From positions 16,356 through 80,355 of the forward strand of contig CAZLFP010000002.1 of the NCBI GenBank assembly GCA_964558935.1: a stretch of DNA of 64,000 nt. The letters are read 5' to 3'. Position 1 is the first letter of the stretch; the number at the start of each line of letters is the position of its first letter. The DNA comes from an uncultured Gammaproteobacteria bacterium. Its GTDB lineage: Bacteria > Patescibacteriota > Patescibacteriia > 2-01-FULL-39-33. Of the stretch, positions 47,888 through 57,533 are shown piece by piece. Made by a program: the position numbers and the translations under genes. The notes beneath the pieces are model-generated. The model worked only from the letters and a program-made list of their open reading frames with translations. It was not told the DNA's origin and did not search any database.

Positions 47888-50074
47888 TTATTGACACTCC
47901 CGATTACTACACTTAGATCCGTTTTTCGTTTCAGTCATGGGATAACCGCATTTATCACACTTATCTCCGGTTGGTTTACCCCAAAAAGCAAAGTCACAAT
48001 TTGGGTACTGGTCACAGCCGTAAAATATTCCTTTGCGACTTCTCTTGGTTGCAATTTTACCCTTGCCGCACTTCGGACAATCCAGGTTCAAATCCTGAGC
48101 TTGTTCTTTTTTAATGTATTTGCATTTGGGATAATTGGAACAGCCCACAAAAGCTCCATATCTGCCATGTCTTTCAACCAAGTCAGATCCACAGTCAGGA
48201 CACTTCTCATCTATTTTTTTAGGTGGTTCTTTTTCTCCGTTATCTCCAATGTTAATGGTATTCTTGCAGTCCGGATAATTGGAACAAGCCAGGAACTTGC
48301 CAAACCTGCCCATTTTAATTACCATCTCAGCTCCGCATTTATCACACTTTTCATCTGTTTTTTCTTCAGTTAAGTCTTTCTTATTTAATTCTTGGTCTTT
48401 GGTCATAAGATTTTTGTTAAAAGGTGTATAAAAGTCTTTGATGACGGGTTGCCACTTTCTTGTGCCTTCTTCAATCTTATCCAAGTCGTCTTCCATTTCA
48501 GCCGTGAAATCATAATCTACAATTTCCTTAAAGTGATCTACCAACAGATCATTAACCACAAAGGCAATGTCTGTGGGAGCTAATCTTTTTTGGTCATTTC
48601 TTTCCACATAGTTTCTGGCAATGATGGTGGCAATGGTGGGAGCATAGGTTGAAGGCCGGCCAATGCCTTTTTCTTCCAGAGCTTTGACCAGGGTAGCATC
48701 GCTGTATCTGGCCGGAGGTTGAGTGAATTTTTGTTGCGGATCTATTTTTAATAAATCCAATTTATCTTGACTTTCCAAATCCGGCAAAATTTCTTCTTTG
48801 GTGGAAGCCGGATAAATCTTAAGGAAACCATCGAATTTAATAATCTGACCGGTCATCTTAAATATGTATCGCTGTTTGTCATCCGTAATTTCCAACGAGC
48901 TGTTTTCCAATTCAGCCGGAGCCATTTGACAAGCAATCGCTCTTTGCCAGATTAATTGGTAGAGTTTAAATTGTCTGGGATCTAATTTAGATTCAATTTC
49001 TTGAGGTGTTCTTAAAGCAGAAGTTGGTCTAATCGCTTCATGCGCTTCTTGCGCACCTTTGGATTTGGCTTTATATACCTGAGCTTTATAGTATTTGTCG
49101 CCCAATTTATTATTTATGAAATCCTTGGCTTCATTTAGGAATTTGGCAGACAAATTCAAAGAGTCTGTTCTCATGTAGGTGATTAATCCAACAGAGTCTC
49201 CGTCTAATTCCACTCCCTCATATAACCGTTGGGCCAGCATCATGGTCTGTTTGGCGGAAAAACCCAATCTGCGGTTAGCTTCTTGTTGCAAAGTGGAAGT
49301 GGTGAAAGGCGGTAGCGGTTTTTTGGTGGTTTGTCTCTTGGTAATCTCTCCAACTTGGTATTGTTGCTTTTCAATATCTTTGACTAATTTGGTTGCTGCT
49401 TTTTCAGAACCGATGGCCAGTTTATCTAAAGTCTTGCCGTCTACTTTTCTCAGCTGAGCAGTAAATGGCTCAGACGTGTCATGTTTGAAATCCCCAAATA
49501 TTTCCCAGTATTCATCGCTTTTAAAAGCTTGAATTTCTCGTTCTTTTTCAACAATCAGTCTCACCGCAACTGACTGCACTCGACCGGCTGACAGGCCTCG
49601 GGCAATTTTTTTCCATAACAAAGGAGACAGTTTGTAGCCAACCAATCTGTCTAACACCCGTCTGGCTTGTTGTGAATCCACCACAGCCATGTTGATGTGG
49701 CGAGGATTGTCCAAAGCTTCCTTAATGGCTTCTTCGGTAATTTCATGAAAAGTGATTCTTTTGGTTTGGTCAACCGGTACTTTCAAGATATGCGCCAGAT
49801 GCCAAGCAATGGCTTCCCCTTCACGATCTTCATCAGTCGCGAAGTAGATGTCATCCGCCTTTTTAGCCAACTCTTTCAATTTGGCAACTTGTTTTTTGGA
49901 TTTGGCCGGAACGGTATAGCTGGGTTCAAAATTATTGTCGATATCCACTCCCAATTTGGATTTCGGCAAATCTCGGATATGGCCAAACGAGGATTCTACT
50001 TTGTAATCCCGGCCTAAAAATTTGGAAATAGTTTTTGCTTTGGTGGGAGACTCAACAATAACTAATTTAGACAT
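47888..50074 (-). CDS. topA: DNA topoisomerase I with C-terminal zinc ribbons
   Basis: Toprim N-terminus LVIVESPTKAKTI. Catalytic Tyr region. Multiple C4 zinc ribbons at the C-terminus. Confidence 0.92.
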   Translation of the reverse strand: MSKLVIVESPTKAKTISKFLGRDYKVESSFGHIRDLPKSKLGVDIDNNFEPSYTVPAKSKKQVAKLKELAKKADDIYFATDEDREGEAIAWHLAHILKVPVDQTKRITFHEITEEAIKEALDNPRHINMAVVDSQQARRVLDRLVGYKLSPLLWKKIARGLSAGRVQSVAVRLIVEKEREIQAFKSDEYWEIFGDFKHDTSEPFTAQLRKVDGKTLDKLAIGSEKAATKLVKDIEKQQYQVGEITKRQTTKKPLPPFTTSTLQQEANRRLGFSAKQTMMLAQRLYEGVELDGDSVGLITYMRTDSLNLSAKFLNEAKDFINNKLGDKYYKAQVYKAKSKGAQEAHEAIRPTSALRTPQEIESKLDPRQFKLYQLIWQRAIACQMAPAELENSSLEITDDKQRYIFKMTGQIIKFDGFLKIYPASTKEEILPDLESQDKLDLLKIDPQQKFTQPPARYSDATLVKALEEKGIGRPSTYAPTIATIIARNYVERNDQKRLAPTDIAFVVNDLLVDHFKEIVDYDFTAEMEDDLDKIEEGTRKWQPVIKDFYTPFNKNLMTKDQELNKKDLTEEKTDEKCDKCGAEMVIKMGRFGKFLACSNYPDCKNTINIGDNGEKEPPKKIDEKCPDCGSDLVERHGRYGAFVGCSNYPKCKYIKKEQAQDLNLDCPKCGKGKIATKRSRKGIFYGCDQYPNCDFAFWGKPTGDKCDKCGYPMTETKNGSKCSNRECQ

Positions 50075-50082
50075 ATACAACT

Positions 50083-51024
50083 TTATAGTTTAAAGACATT
50101 AGTTTTAATATTACAGGATTTGGCTGGTTTGTCAATGTTGGATTGTAAATTGAGTGTTTCCAGCACATCTTTTGGGTTTAATATCAGCTTGGCTCCCAAC
50201 TGGATTAAGCGGTTGGTACCTTGGTTTTGAGGATTAAAAATATTAGCCGGAATAGCCATAACTTCTCGGTTTTGTTCCAGGGCTTGGTAAGCCGTGATCA
50301 AAGAACCGGAACGCTCCGGAGCCTCAATGACCAGAGTGCCCAGGGCTAAACCGGAAATGACGCAATTTCTAATTGGAAAGGTGTAGATGCTGGCCGGTGT
50401 GAATAATGGAAATTGGGAGAGAACACAGCCTTGAGTCGCTAATATATGTTGCAGATAAGGTCGCTTGTTTTGACTGATTAAATCCGTACCTAAGACAGCC
50501 ACGGTCGGCTGATGATTCTGCCAACAGACCTGATGCGCGATAGTGTCAATGCCTTGGGCTAAACCGGATACAATGGTGATGTGATGTAAGCATAAGTCTT
50601 GAGTTATCTTGTGGGTGACTGACTGAGCATAACCTGATGGCTGGCGAGTGCCAACCACTGCCAAGGTTGGTTGTTGTAAACACTTTAAGTTGCCTTGGTA
50701 ATACAAGATCCAAGGCGGGTTTTTAATCTGCTTCAACAAGTAGGGATAATCTTGATCCAACCAGCTGGTAACTTGAATTCGGTAATGCTTCAGTTTAGCC
50801 AATTCTTGGTCCGGATCAATTCTCTTCTTGAGTCCTGCTAAAGTTTGAGCCAGCTCCGGCTTAAAGCCGGCTTTTAACCAGTCTGGATAACTGGCCTGCC
50901 AAGCGGCTTCCATGTCTCGCTGAAAGTGGCTTAAGATTCTTTGGAAGCGCAGGAAGGATATTTTACGACTGACTGAGAAGGCTATTAAATACTTAAGATT
51001 GGTGGTATTTTGACAGCTTGACAT
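50083..51024 (-). CDS. dprA: DNA processing protein DprA/Smf
   Basis: LAVVGTRQPSGYA ... GLAQGIDTIAHQ Rossmann-like DprA core. Adjacent to topA as in many Firmicutes. Confidence 0.85.
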   Translation of the reverse strand: MSSCQNTTNLKYLIAFSVSRKISFLRFQRILSHFQRDMEAAWQASYPDWLKAGFKPELAQTLAGLKKRIDPDQELAKLKHYRIQVTSWLDQDYPYLLKQIKNPPWILYYQGNLKCLQQPTLAVVGTRQPSGYAQSVTHKITQDLCLHHITIVSGLAQGIDTIAHQVCWQNHQPTVAVLGTDLISQNKRPYLQHILATQGCVLSQFPLFTPASIYTFPIRNCVISGLALGTLVIEAPERSGSLITAYQALEQNREVMAIPANIFNPQNQGTNRLIQLGAKLILNPKDVLETLNLQSNIDKPAKSCNIKTNVFKL

Positions 51025-51049
51025 ATGTGACTTGACTTTTTAGGTAAAG

Positions 51050-51507
51050 GGTGTTAAACTTAGCTATTGAGAGCACTTTACAGGCAGATTTCTGTCTGTT
51101 AGTTGGTGGATTTGGCTGCCCCCCTCCTGCAGTCAAACTACCGTGAATTATGGCCCCATCTTTTTGGATGGAGTCATATACTAACAGGCAGTGATCTGCT
51201 TGTCAGTGCCAGATCTTGGAGAGGATGAGTCGACCAGGAAACTCAATTCCTCCTTTAGTTACCAACAACGGTCACTCTTGGTCCTCATCCTCTCCAACCT
51301 CAATAGTTTCTTCTATGGGGCAGCTACGTAGTGCTAAATAGCTCGTAGGCGCCTAAGGGCTTTTTTAGCTTACCTGTCCCACCAATTTACTGCCGGGAGT
51401 AGAGCAGAACAACAGTGCGCAACCAGATGCATTGCACACCATCCATCCAGAGATGCTCTACTCCCGACCAGACAATACAACGGTTACTTGCGCAAGTAAC
51501 CGTTTTT
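51050..51507 (+). ncRNA. Candidate highly structured non-coding RNA (about 450 nt), antisense to the flanking minus-strand genes; identity unresolved
   Basis: No ORF of 60 aa or more in dprA/pth orientation. Two perfect 12-bp long-range inverted repeats (GGAGAGGATGAG ... CTCATCCTCTCC and GGGAGTAGAGCA ... TGCTCTACTCCC). Terminal + strand terminator. Possible promoter TTGACT-16-TTAAAC at 51036-51063. Confidence 0.35.
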
Positions 51508-51510
51508 TTA
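51482..51510 (+). terminator. Rho-independent terminator (plus-strand)
   Basis: GGTTACTTGCGCAAGTAACC palindrome followed by TTTTTTT. Confidence 0.7.
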
Positions 51511-51517
51511 TTATCTT

Positions 51518-52084
51518 TCAATTATGCAAGTTCATGGCTTCAGGTAATGATTTTGTCAGCAGGTCCTGTACAGCCAGTGATGTTTTGCCCAGGACCGCTC
51601 TTAGTTTTATACCATGTAAGAGATGAATATTTTCTAAAACGTAATCGGCAGTATCCACACGTGCCAATTTTGGTGTTTTAACACCAATTCTAAGTCTGAC
51701 AAAATCTTGAGAACCCAGGGCATGAATAATGGATTTGACACCATTATGACCTCCAGCTGATGAGTTACGGCTGATTCTAATCTGACCAAAGTTTAAATCT
51801 ATATCGTCATGAATAATAATTATATCTGTTAGTTGAGCATGGTAATACTGAGTCACCAGTTGTACGGCCTGTCCCGAATTGTTCATGTAAGTCAGGGGTT
51901 TTGCCAGGATGACTTTTTGTTGTTGCCAATGACCTTCGGTTAGACTGGCTTGCAGTTTGGATTGGTCTTTGAAATTATTTAAATCCAAGTCCTGTTTTAA
52001 TGTGTCTAAAGCCAGAAAACCCAAATTGTGCCAATTTTTACGGTATTGAGGACCGGGATTGCCCAGGCCAATGATGATTTTCAT
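51518..52084 (-). CDS. pth: Peptidyl-tRNA hydrolase
   Basis: MKIIIGLGNPGPQYRKNWHNLGF. The ORF-track N-terminal extension was trimmed. Confidence 0.88.
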   Translation of the reverse strand: MKIIIGLGNPGPQYRKNWHNLGFLALDTLKQDLDLNNFKDQSKLQASLTEGHWQQQKVILAKPLTYMNNSGQAVQLVTQYYHAQLTDIIIIHDDIDLNFGQIRISRNSSAGGHNGVKSIIHALGSQDFVRLRIGVKTPKLARVDTADYVLENIHLLHGIKLRAVLGKTSLAVQDLLTKSLPEAMNLHN

Positions 52085-52085
52085 A

Positions 52086-53447
52086 CTATTTCTTTTTTGT
52101 ACTCCATTTTTTAACTTCCATTTGAAGGGGAGTGCCAATGATGTTGAATTTTTTTCTTAAGTTGTTTTGAATAAATCTGATGTAAGAGAAATGTAAGATT
52201 GCAGGATCATTTACGTAAATGATAAAGCGAGGCGGATTGGTTTTAACCTGCTCGATGGCGTAGATATACGGGTTCTTCAAGCCCTTGCCTCGAGATGGTC
52301 TGTGTTTCTTAATGTTAGATTTTAAGAATAACTCAAGTTGCTTCTTAGTCAGCTTAATCTTTTTAGCCTGATTAATGTCTAAAATCAGGTCTAAGATTTT
52401 TTTAGTTCTTTGGTTTTCTAAGGCTGAGGTGAAGATGATGGGAGCCCACCACAGGTAAGGAAAATGCTTTTGGTAGTAGTCTATGTATTCTTGAATGGTA
52501 TTGGTTTCTTTGTCAGGAATTAAATCCCATTTATTGGCTACAATCACCAAAGGTTTGGAAGCTTCTAAGATAGCTTGAGTTATCTTTTTATCTTGAGCAT
52601 CGATTTTTTTTTGAGCTTCGGTGACAAACATGACAATGTCCGCGTCTTCAATGGCAGATAAAGATTTCAGGATGGATTTTTTTTCCAAGGTTTCATTATT
52701 AATCTTGCTTTTTCTTCTAATGCCGGCTGTATCAATTAAAACAAAATTCTGATCCTGGTATTCAAATTCAATGTCATGGGCTTCACGGGTCGTGTGCGCA
52801 ATGTCGGTGACAATCACTCGTTCTTCGCCCAAAATGGAGTTTAACAAAGAAGATTTACCGACATTGGGTTTGCCGACAATAGCGATTTTAATCTGTTCTT
52901 TTTGGTCGGCTTTTTTAATTCGAGTATCTTTTTTCGGCAAGCGACTGAAAATGATGTCCAACAGATCTCCACAACCGGAACCGTTGACAGCTGAGATCAT
53001 AATGGGTTCATCCAGGCCCAGTTTGTAGACCTCGGAATCTGCCTGGTGCCACCGAATTGAATCTGCTTTGTTGCCGATTAATAAAGTTCTATCTTTTAAT
53101 TTGCTCTTAATTAAATCCCTGGCCAGTTCTTTATCCTGAGGTAGAATGCCGACTTTGGCATCATAGACAAATAAGATTAAATCTGCTTCCGCAATCGCTT
53201 GCTTGGCTTGTTTTACAATATTGGCTTCAATTGGATTATCCTTTTTGTTATCTATATCCAAGCCACCAGTGTCGATTAAGATAAATTCCCGACCCTGCCA
53301 TTTAACCTTGTCGATGTTGCGGTCTCTAGTTGTACCGGCTATATCTGAAACCAGCGCTTTATTTTTTTCAATTAAGCGATTGAACAAGGTAGATTTGCCG
53401 ACATTGGCTCTTCCAATTATGGCAACTTGCGGTATAGTGGTTTTCAT
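52086..53447 (-). CDS. der: Ribosome-biogenesis GTPase Der (EngA), tandem G domains plus KH-like domain
   Basis: Two P-loops (GRANVGKST, GKPNVGKSS). 453 aa. Confidence 0.92.
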   Translation of the reverse strand: MKTTIPQVAIIGRANVGKSTLFNRLIEKNKALVSDIAGTTRDRNIDKVKWQGREFILIDTGGLDIDNKKDNPIEANIVKQAKQAIAEADLILFVYDAKVGILPQDKELARDLIKSKLKDRTLLIGNKADSIRWHQADSEVYKLGLDEPIMISAVNGSGCGDLLDIIFSRLPKKDTRIKKADQKEQIKIAIVGKPNVGKSSLLNSILGEERVIVTDIAHTTREAHDIEFEYQDQNFVLIDTAGIRRKSKINNETLEKKSILKSLSAIEDADIVMFVTEAQKKIDAQDKKITQAILEASKPLVIVANKWDLIPDKETNTIQEYIDYYQKHFPYLWWAPIIFTSALENQRTKKILDLILDINQAKKIKLTKKQLELFLKSNIKKHRPSRGKGLKNPYIYAIEQVKTNPPRFIIYVNDPAILHFSYIRFIQNNLRKKFNIIGTPLQMEVKKWSTKKK

Positions 53448-53526
53448 GTCTTTAATGGTAGCTTAAAATGGGTTTTTTTTCAATGAAAAGTAAAACCCAC
53501 CTTAGTGCGTAAGGTGGGTGGGTTGG

Positions 53527-53958
53527 CTAGTCGTACCAATAGCCTTCGTCTTCCAGTATTTGCCGAATGGAATCCGGCAGATATGGCAAGACGATCTGGA
53601 CTTTTTTCTGGGAGGTGGTGGTTATAACCAGCTCACAAGATTCGATTGAGTCTTCGCACATACTTTTGCAGTAGTCTGACTCATAGTACGAATCATTGTA
53701 GTCTGGCTCATCTTCCCAGAAATCGTAAGAGTCATCGCAAAGATTAACTCTGGCCTGTCGCCACACTTTCAGGGGCAGGCCTGGGAGTAGACGCTCGAAC
53801 TGATTACGAGTCATCTCTCCGATACTGAGATTGACCGAACGTCGCCCCAGATTGCGACGCTTGGCCAAATCTTTCTTACGATTCCGTTCAAAACGAAACC
53901 GCCGTGTCTGTTTTTCCGCCTCGACACGGATAGGCGAAGGGGGTCGTAACATGCTCAT
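53527..53958 (-). CDS. Hypothetical protein (basic N-terminus, acidic Cys-containing C-terminus) in GC-rich island
   Basis: 143-aa ORF. The opposite-strand ORF 53831-54277 overlaps it. Confidence 0.4.
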   Translation of the reverse strand: MSMLRPPSPIRVEAEKQTRRFRFERNRKKDLAKRRNLGRRSVNLSIGEMTRNQFERLLPGLPLKVWRQARVNLCDDSYDFWEDEPDYNDSYYESDYCKSMCEDSIESCELVITTTSQKKVQIVLPYLPDSIRQILEDEGYWYD

Positions 53959-54343
53959 TCCTCTTGGCGTTGCCGAAGCTCAGCCTTGCCGGATCTGCGA
54001 TCCTGGCGGCTGTAGTGCTTCTTGCCATGTTTGGAGGACATGGGTCCTCCTACCTGGATCAGGTGAAGTTAAATCAACCCCAGATGGGGATAGGTTAAAA
54101 ATACCCAGTAAATACCAGATTAAAGCGGATATTAATATTTACGGTGAAATAGTCAGAATTGCTTCTTTGGGTAAGAAATTACCGGCGATTCTCATTAAAG
54201 ATAAGGAGATCGCAGAAACATTTAAATCTATTTTTGAACTGGCTTGGGAAGGCGTTAAGAATCAGTCTAAGAAGTAAGTCAGATATAAGAAACTACCTTG
54301 TCAGGTGGTTTTATAATTAAAAAAAGGAACGAGTGGCTCGTTC

Positions 54344-54634
54344 CTAAGATTTGGGTTTGTCTTTAAATTCGGCATCAGAGAATCGGTCATGACAGGATAA
54401 ACAGCGTTTGACGGAAATGTACTTATCCGTCGTGTCTGGAACTTGCAGTTCCAGAATCCTGGCAAATTTTTTTAATCCCTCAGGATCTGTACCTCTGGTT
54501 CTACCGCAGCCGGTACAAAAAATGGCAATACCCTGAGACAGCTCTTCAGCTTCGTTTAGCTTTCTGAGCACCGGTTTATGATTACCGGTCGGTTTACTCT
54601 TGACTGCTTGGCCAAGTAATTCTGCTTTGTTCAT
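54344..54634 (-). CDS. Hypothetical zinc-ribbon protein (C-x2-C ... C-x2-H)
   Basis: IFCTGCG ... CLSCH motifs. 96 aa. The hairpin GGAACGAG-tgg-CTCGTTCC immediately downstream (54322-54342) serves as a terminator. Confidence 0.45.
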   Translation of the reverse strand: MNKAELLGQAVKSKPTGNHKPVLRKLNEAEELSQGIAIFCTGCGRTRGTDPEGLKKFARILELQVPDTTDKYISVKRCLSCHDRFSDAEFKDKPKS

Positions 54635-54692
54635 ACGGCCTCCTTTCTGATTGCGTGACTATATATGATACTGGCGATTTCACTGCCAGCGT

Positions 54693-55193
54693 TCACAATA
54701 ATTTCATCCAGATCTGTCTGTCGTGTTCATCGCCTTCCGGATCAAGGCTTTTGGGATATACAATGTCCACATCTGTCTTGGTATCTCCGCCTTTGTCATA
54801 AGTGGAAACCCCCAAAGTTACGCGAATGACTCCGTCGCTGACCTCGTAATCAAAGAAAGCATCAGTGGCAACGTGAGAAGCATAATCTGCATAAGTACCA
54901 ACTGCTGTATAGAATTTAAGCCTCTCGTTCACTTCTGCATAACTTCCCAGTTGCAACTGTTCAAGGATAGAAGCGAGATATTGCCTGAGATAATTGGCAA
55001 AGTAAGCTTTGGGCTCTTTGGGATCACTGGGTTGTCTGTCCATGACATCAGCCAAAGCTTCTTCTTCTGTCATGAAATCGTGTTTTTGTTCTTTCCACTC
55101 TTCCCATTCCACGGCATCGACAACTGCCTCAAAAGCTTCTCTTTCTGCCAAACGGCCGGTCCATTTTTCCGGTTCGTACTTGCGATAAGCCAT
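54693..55193 (-). CDS. Hypothetical acidic protein
   Basis: 166-aa ORF, Glu/Asp-rich. No recognisable motif. Confidence 0.45.
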   Translation of the reverse strand: MAYRKYEPEKWTGRLAEREAFEAVVDAVEWEEWKEQKHDFMTEEEALADVMDRQPSDPKEPKAYFANYLRQYLASILEQLQLGSYAEVNERLKFYTAVGTYADYASHVATDAFFDYEVSDGVIRVTLGVSTYDKGGDTKTDVDIVYPKSLDPEGDEHDRQIWMKLL

Positions 55194-55251
55194 ATCATTG
55201 GATTATTGCTTAATGAGTATATCTTACCATGAAATTTATGTCAAGACAAGG

Positions 55252-55280
55252 TTGACTTGTGACTTAAAATAAGATATAAT
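55252..55280 (+). promoter_or_regulatory. Promoter TTGACT, 17 nt, TATAAT for tRNA-Glu
   Basis: ttgact tgtgacttaaaataaga tataat. The tRNA begins about 15 nt downstream. Confidence 0.6.
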
Positions 55281-55294
55281 CTTGTTTGTACCTT

Positions 55295-55366
55295 GGGGCT
55301 ATCGTCTAGTGGTTAGGACACCAGGTTTTCATCCTGGTAACCGGGGTTCGATTCCCCGTGGCCCTA
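55295..55366 (+). tRNA. tRNA-Glu (UUC)
   Basis: GGGGCTATCGTCTAGTGGTTAGGACACCAGGTTTTCATCCTGG ... GGTTCGATTCC ... TGGCCCTA. Anticodon TTC. Followed by the terminator ACAACCA aaca TGGTTGT TTTTTTT. Confidence 0.88.
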
Positions 55367-55379
55367 CTTGGATAAATAA

Positions 55380-55407
55380 AAAACAACCAAACATGGTTGT
55401 TTTTTTA
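55380..55407 (+). terminator. Rho-independent terminator after tRNA-Glu
   Basis: Stem ACAACCA/TGGTTGT plus T7. Confidence 0.7.
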
Positions 55408-55419
55408 TAGATCAGAAAA

Positions 55420-55455
55420 ACCTCATTTCACGTTTGAAATGAGGTTAAGTGCTTT
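55420..55455 (-). terminator. Candidate minus-strand terminator: perfect 12-bp stem AACCTCATTTCA/TGAAATGAGGTT
   Basis: On the minus strand it is followed by TTTTCTGATC. The stem abuts the stop of the 55455-55658 ORF. Confidence 0.45.
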
Positions 55456-55658
55456 TAGTCTTCTTCCAATTTTATCATCTGTTCCAGGCACATTAAGGTC
55501 GAGATCAGATGACCAGCCCGCTTGGCTTTTTCCAAATTTTCTGTGGAAATCTGGCAGACTTGCCAGTCTTGGCAAATCAAGATATTCTCGCATTGAACAT
55601 GCGGATCAAAGGCAAGCGACATTTCTGTCAAAAACAGATGTTCAATGAGGGGGAGCAA
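55455..55658 (-). CDS. Hypothetical 67-aa Cys-containing protein
   Basis: Overlaps the upstream ORF end by 17 nt, suggesting a two-gene minus-strand unit. Confidence 0.3.
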   Translation of the reverse strand: MLPLIEHLFLTEMSLAFDPHVQCENILICQDWQVCQISTENLEKAKRAGHLISTLMCLEQMIKLEED

Positions 55659-55980
55659 CCCTAATCAGATTGGCGTTCTCACTTATGAATTTGGCTTTGA
55701 TAGCCGTTCGCTTTTTAACGCTGTCTTCAGCTTCAAGCTGTTGTCGTAGCTGTCTGAATACACGATCACACCGATCTTTATTCTGAGCTCGAATGATCGA
55801 AAGGCGTTTTTGGTAGTCGTTGAGAGTACCAAGGAATGTAGTGCCAAAAATGCCTTCAATCGTAGGATTCCATTCACTAATAGTTGCTTCGCTTAAGCAA
55901 CTCATCTGATGTTGAAGTTGGTCTAAGAAACTCATCGCTTTCCTCCTGTGTTGGTTGAAATAGCTTCTTACTTGTATCAT
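55642..55980 (-). CDS. Hypothetical protein (112 aa; start uncertain)
   Basis: Open frame with a helical basic C-terminus. No motif. Confidence 0.35.
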   Translation of the reverse strand: MIQVRSYFNQHRRKAMSFLDQLQHQMSCLSEATISEWNPTIEGIFGTTFLGTLNDYQKRLSIIRAQNKDRCDRVFRQLRQQLEAEDSVKKRTAIKAKFISENANLIRVAPPH

Positions 55981-56046
55981 AAAACATTAAATTTGTCAAT
56001 GTGAGCATTGAATATTCTCTGCCAGCATGCTATAATCCCAAGGATT

Positions 56047-57057
56047 ATGCATATCTTAGCCATTGAAACATCTTGCGATGAAACTGCAGCGGCCGTTATT
56101 TGTCACAGCCGTGGTCAACTTAACATTGTCTCAAATTTGGTTTCTTCCCAAATAGACATTCATAAACAATATGGAGGTGTTGTGCCAGAAGTGGCGGCGC
56201 GGGAGCATGTTAAGAATATTATTCCGGTTATTGAGCAAGCTCTTTGCCAGGCCAAAGTCAAACCGGATAAAATTGATCTGTTAGCCACTGTATCTGGTCC
56301 CGGTCTGATTACCTCGCTTATGGTGGGAGTAGAAGCCGCGAAAGCTTTGTCTTACGCCTGGCAAATACCACTGCTGCCAGTCAATCATATGTATGCCCAT
56401 ATGGCTGGTAATTTTTTAACAGCTTTGGAATTTCCGGCTTTGTGTTTGATTGTGTCCGGTGGTCATACCGAATTAATTTATTTAAAGGATTATTTTAGCT
56501 TTGAAAAGCTGGGAGCCACCATTGATGATGCGGCGGGAGAAGCATTTGATAAAGTGGCTAAGTTACTGGATTTAGGCTATCCGGGTGGACCCATTGTGTC
56601 TAAGTTGGCTTTAGATGGTGATCCCAAAGCTTTCGCCTTCCCCAGGCCGATGCTAAACCGTCAGAACTCTGACTTTAGTTTCTCTGGTTTAAAAACAGCT
56701 GTTTTGTATGCAGTACAAAAACACACAGGCAGATCTCGACAGTTTCAGGCAGACATTTGTGCTTCTTTCCAACAAGCAGTGATAGATACATTGGTTGGTA
56801 AGACTGTGAAGGCAGCCAAAGAGTATGATGTTAAAACTGTCATGTTGGCCGGTGGAGTGGCAGCTAACCAGGCATTAAGGTCAACTTTAGAGCAAAGAGT
56901 TACGGATTTGAATCTGGAATTTAAGGTGCCGGAATTCAAGCTTTGTACCGATAATGCTGCTATGGTTGGCATTGCTGCCTATTTTTTGTCTCAAAAGCAA
57001 AAGATTAAACTGGATAATTGGAAAAAAATAAGTGTAGATCCTAATTGGGAATTATGA
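56047..57057 (+). CDS. tsaD: tRNA N6-threonylcarbamoyladenosine synthase TsaD (Kae1/YgjD)
   Basis: MHILAIETSCDETAAAV ... HMYAHM ... metal-binding motifs. The ORF-track N-terminal extension was trimmed. Confidence 0.9.
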   Translation: MHILAIETSCDETAAAVICHSRGQLNIVSNLVSSQIDIHKQYGGVVPEVAAREHVKNIIPVIEQALCQAKVKPDKIDLLATVSGPGLITSLMVGVEAAKALSYAWQIPLLPVNHMYAHMAGNFLTALEFPALCLIVSGGHTELIYLKDYFSFEKLGATIDDAAGEAFDKVAKLLDLGYPGGPIVSKLALDGDPKAFAFPRPMLNRQNSDFSFSGLKTAVLYAVQKHTGRSRQFQADICASFQQAVIDTLVGKTVKAAKEYDVKTVMLAGGVAANQALRSTLEQRVTDLNLEFKVPEFKLCTDNAAMVGIAAYFLSQKQKIKLDNWKKISVDPNWEL

Positions 57058-57461
57058 AAATAATCTCTAAAAGTGAAAAAGAAACTTTGAAAATCGCTCA
57101 GGCTTTGACTGCCAAACTGCAAGGTGGAGAAGTCTTGTGTTTAATGGGAGATCTGGGTTCCGGTAAGACAGTTTTCACCAAAGGCGTAGCCAAAGCTTTA
57201 AAGATCAAACAAACAATTACCAGTCCGACCTTTGTGTTAATGAAAGTTTATGAAGGAACTAAGCAGTTGGTGCATATTGATGCGTATCGGTTGAGATCAG
57301 GTGATGAATTGGAGGCGATCGGAGCTACCGATTACTTTCATGATCCCAAGACCATTACCGTAATTGAATGGGCAGAACGCGTCAAAGATATTTGGCCGGA
57401 TAACCGGCGAGTCATTGAATTCAAAGTACAGGGAGATAACAGGCAGATTATAATCAAGTAG
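57045..57461 (+). CDS. tsaE: t6A biosynthesis ATPase TsaE (YjeE)
   Basis: P-loop GDLGSGKTVFTKG. 138 aa. Overlaps the tsaD stop. Confidence 0.85.
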   Translation: MGIMKIISKSEKETLKIAQALTAKLQGGEVLCLMGDLGSGKTVFTKGVAKALKIKQTITSPTFVLMKVYEGTKQLVHIDAYRLRSGDELEAIGATDYFHDPKTITVIEWAERVKDIWPDNRRVIEFKVQGDNRQIIIK

Positions 57462-57533
57462 ACAAGATCAAACAATAAACTCGGGCTTAACCCGAGTTTT
57501 TTTAATCTCATTACCAAACCAATGGTCCGTTCT

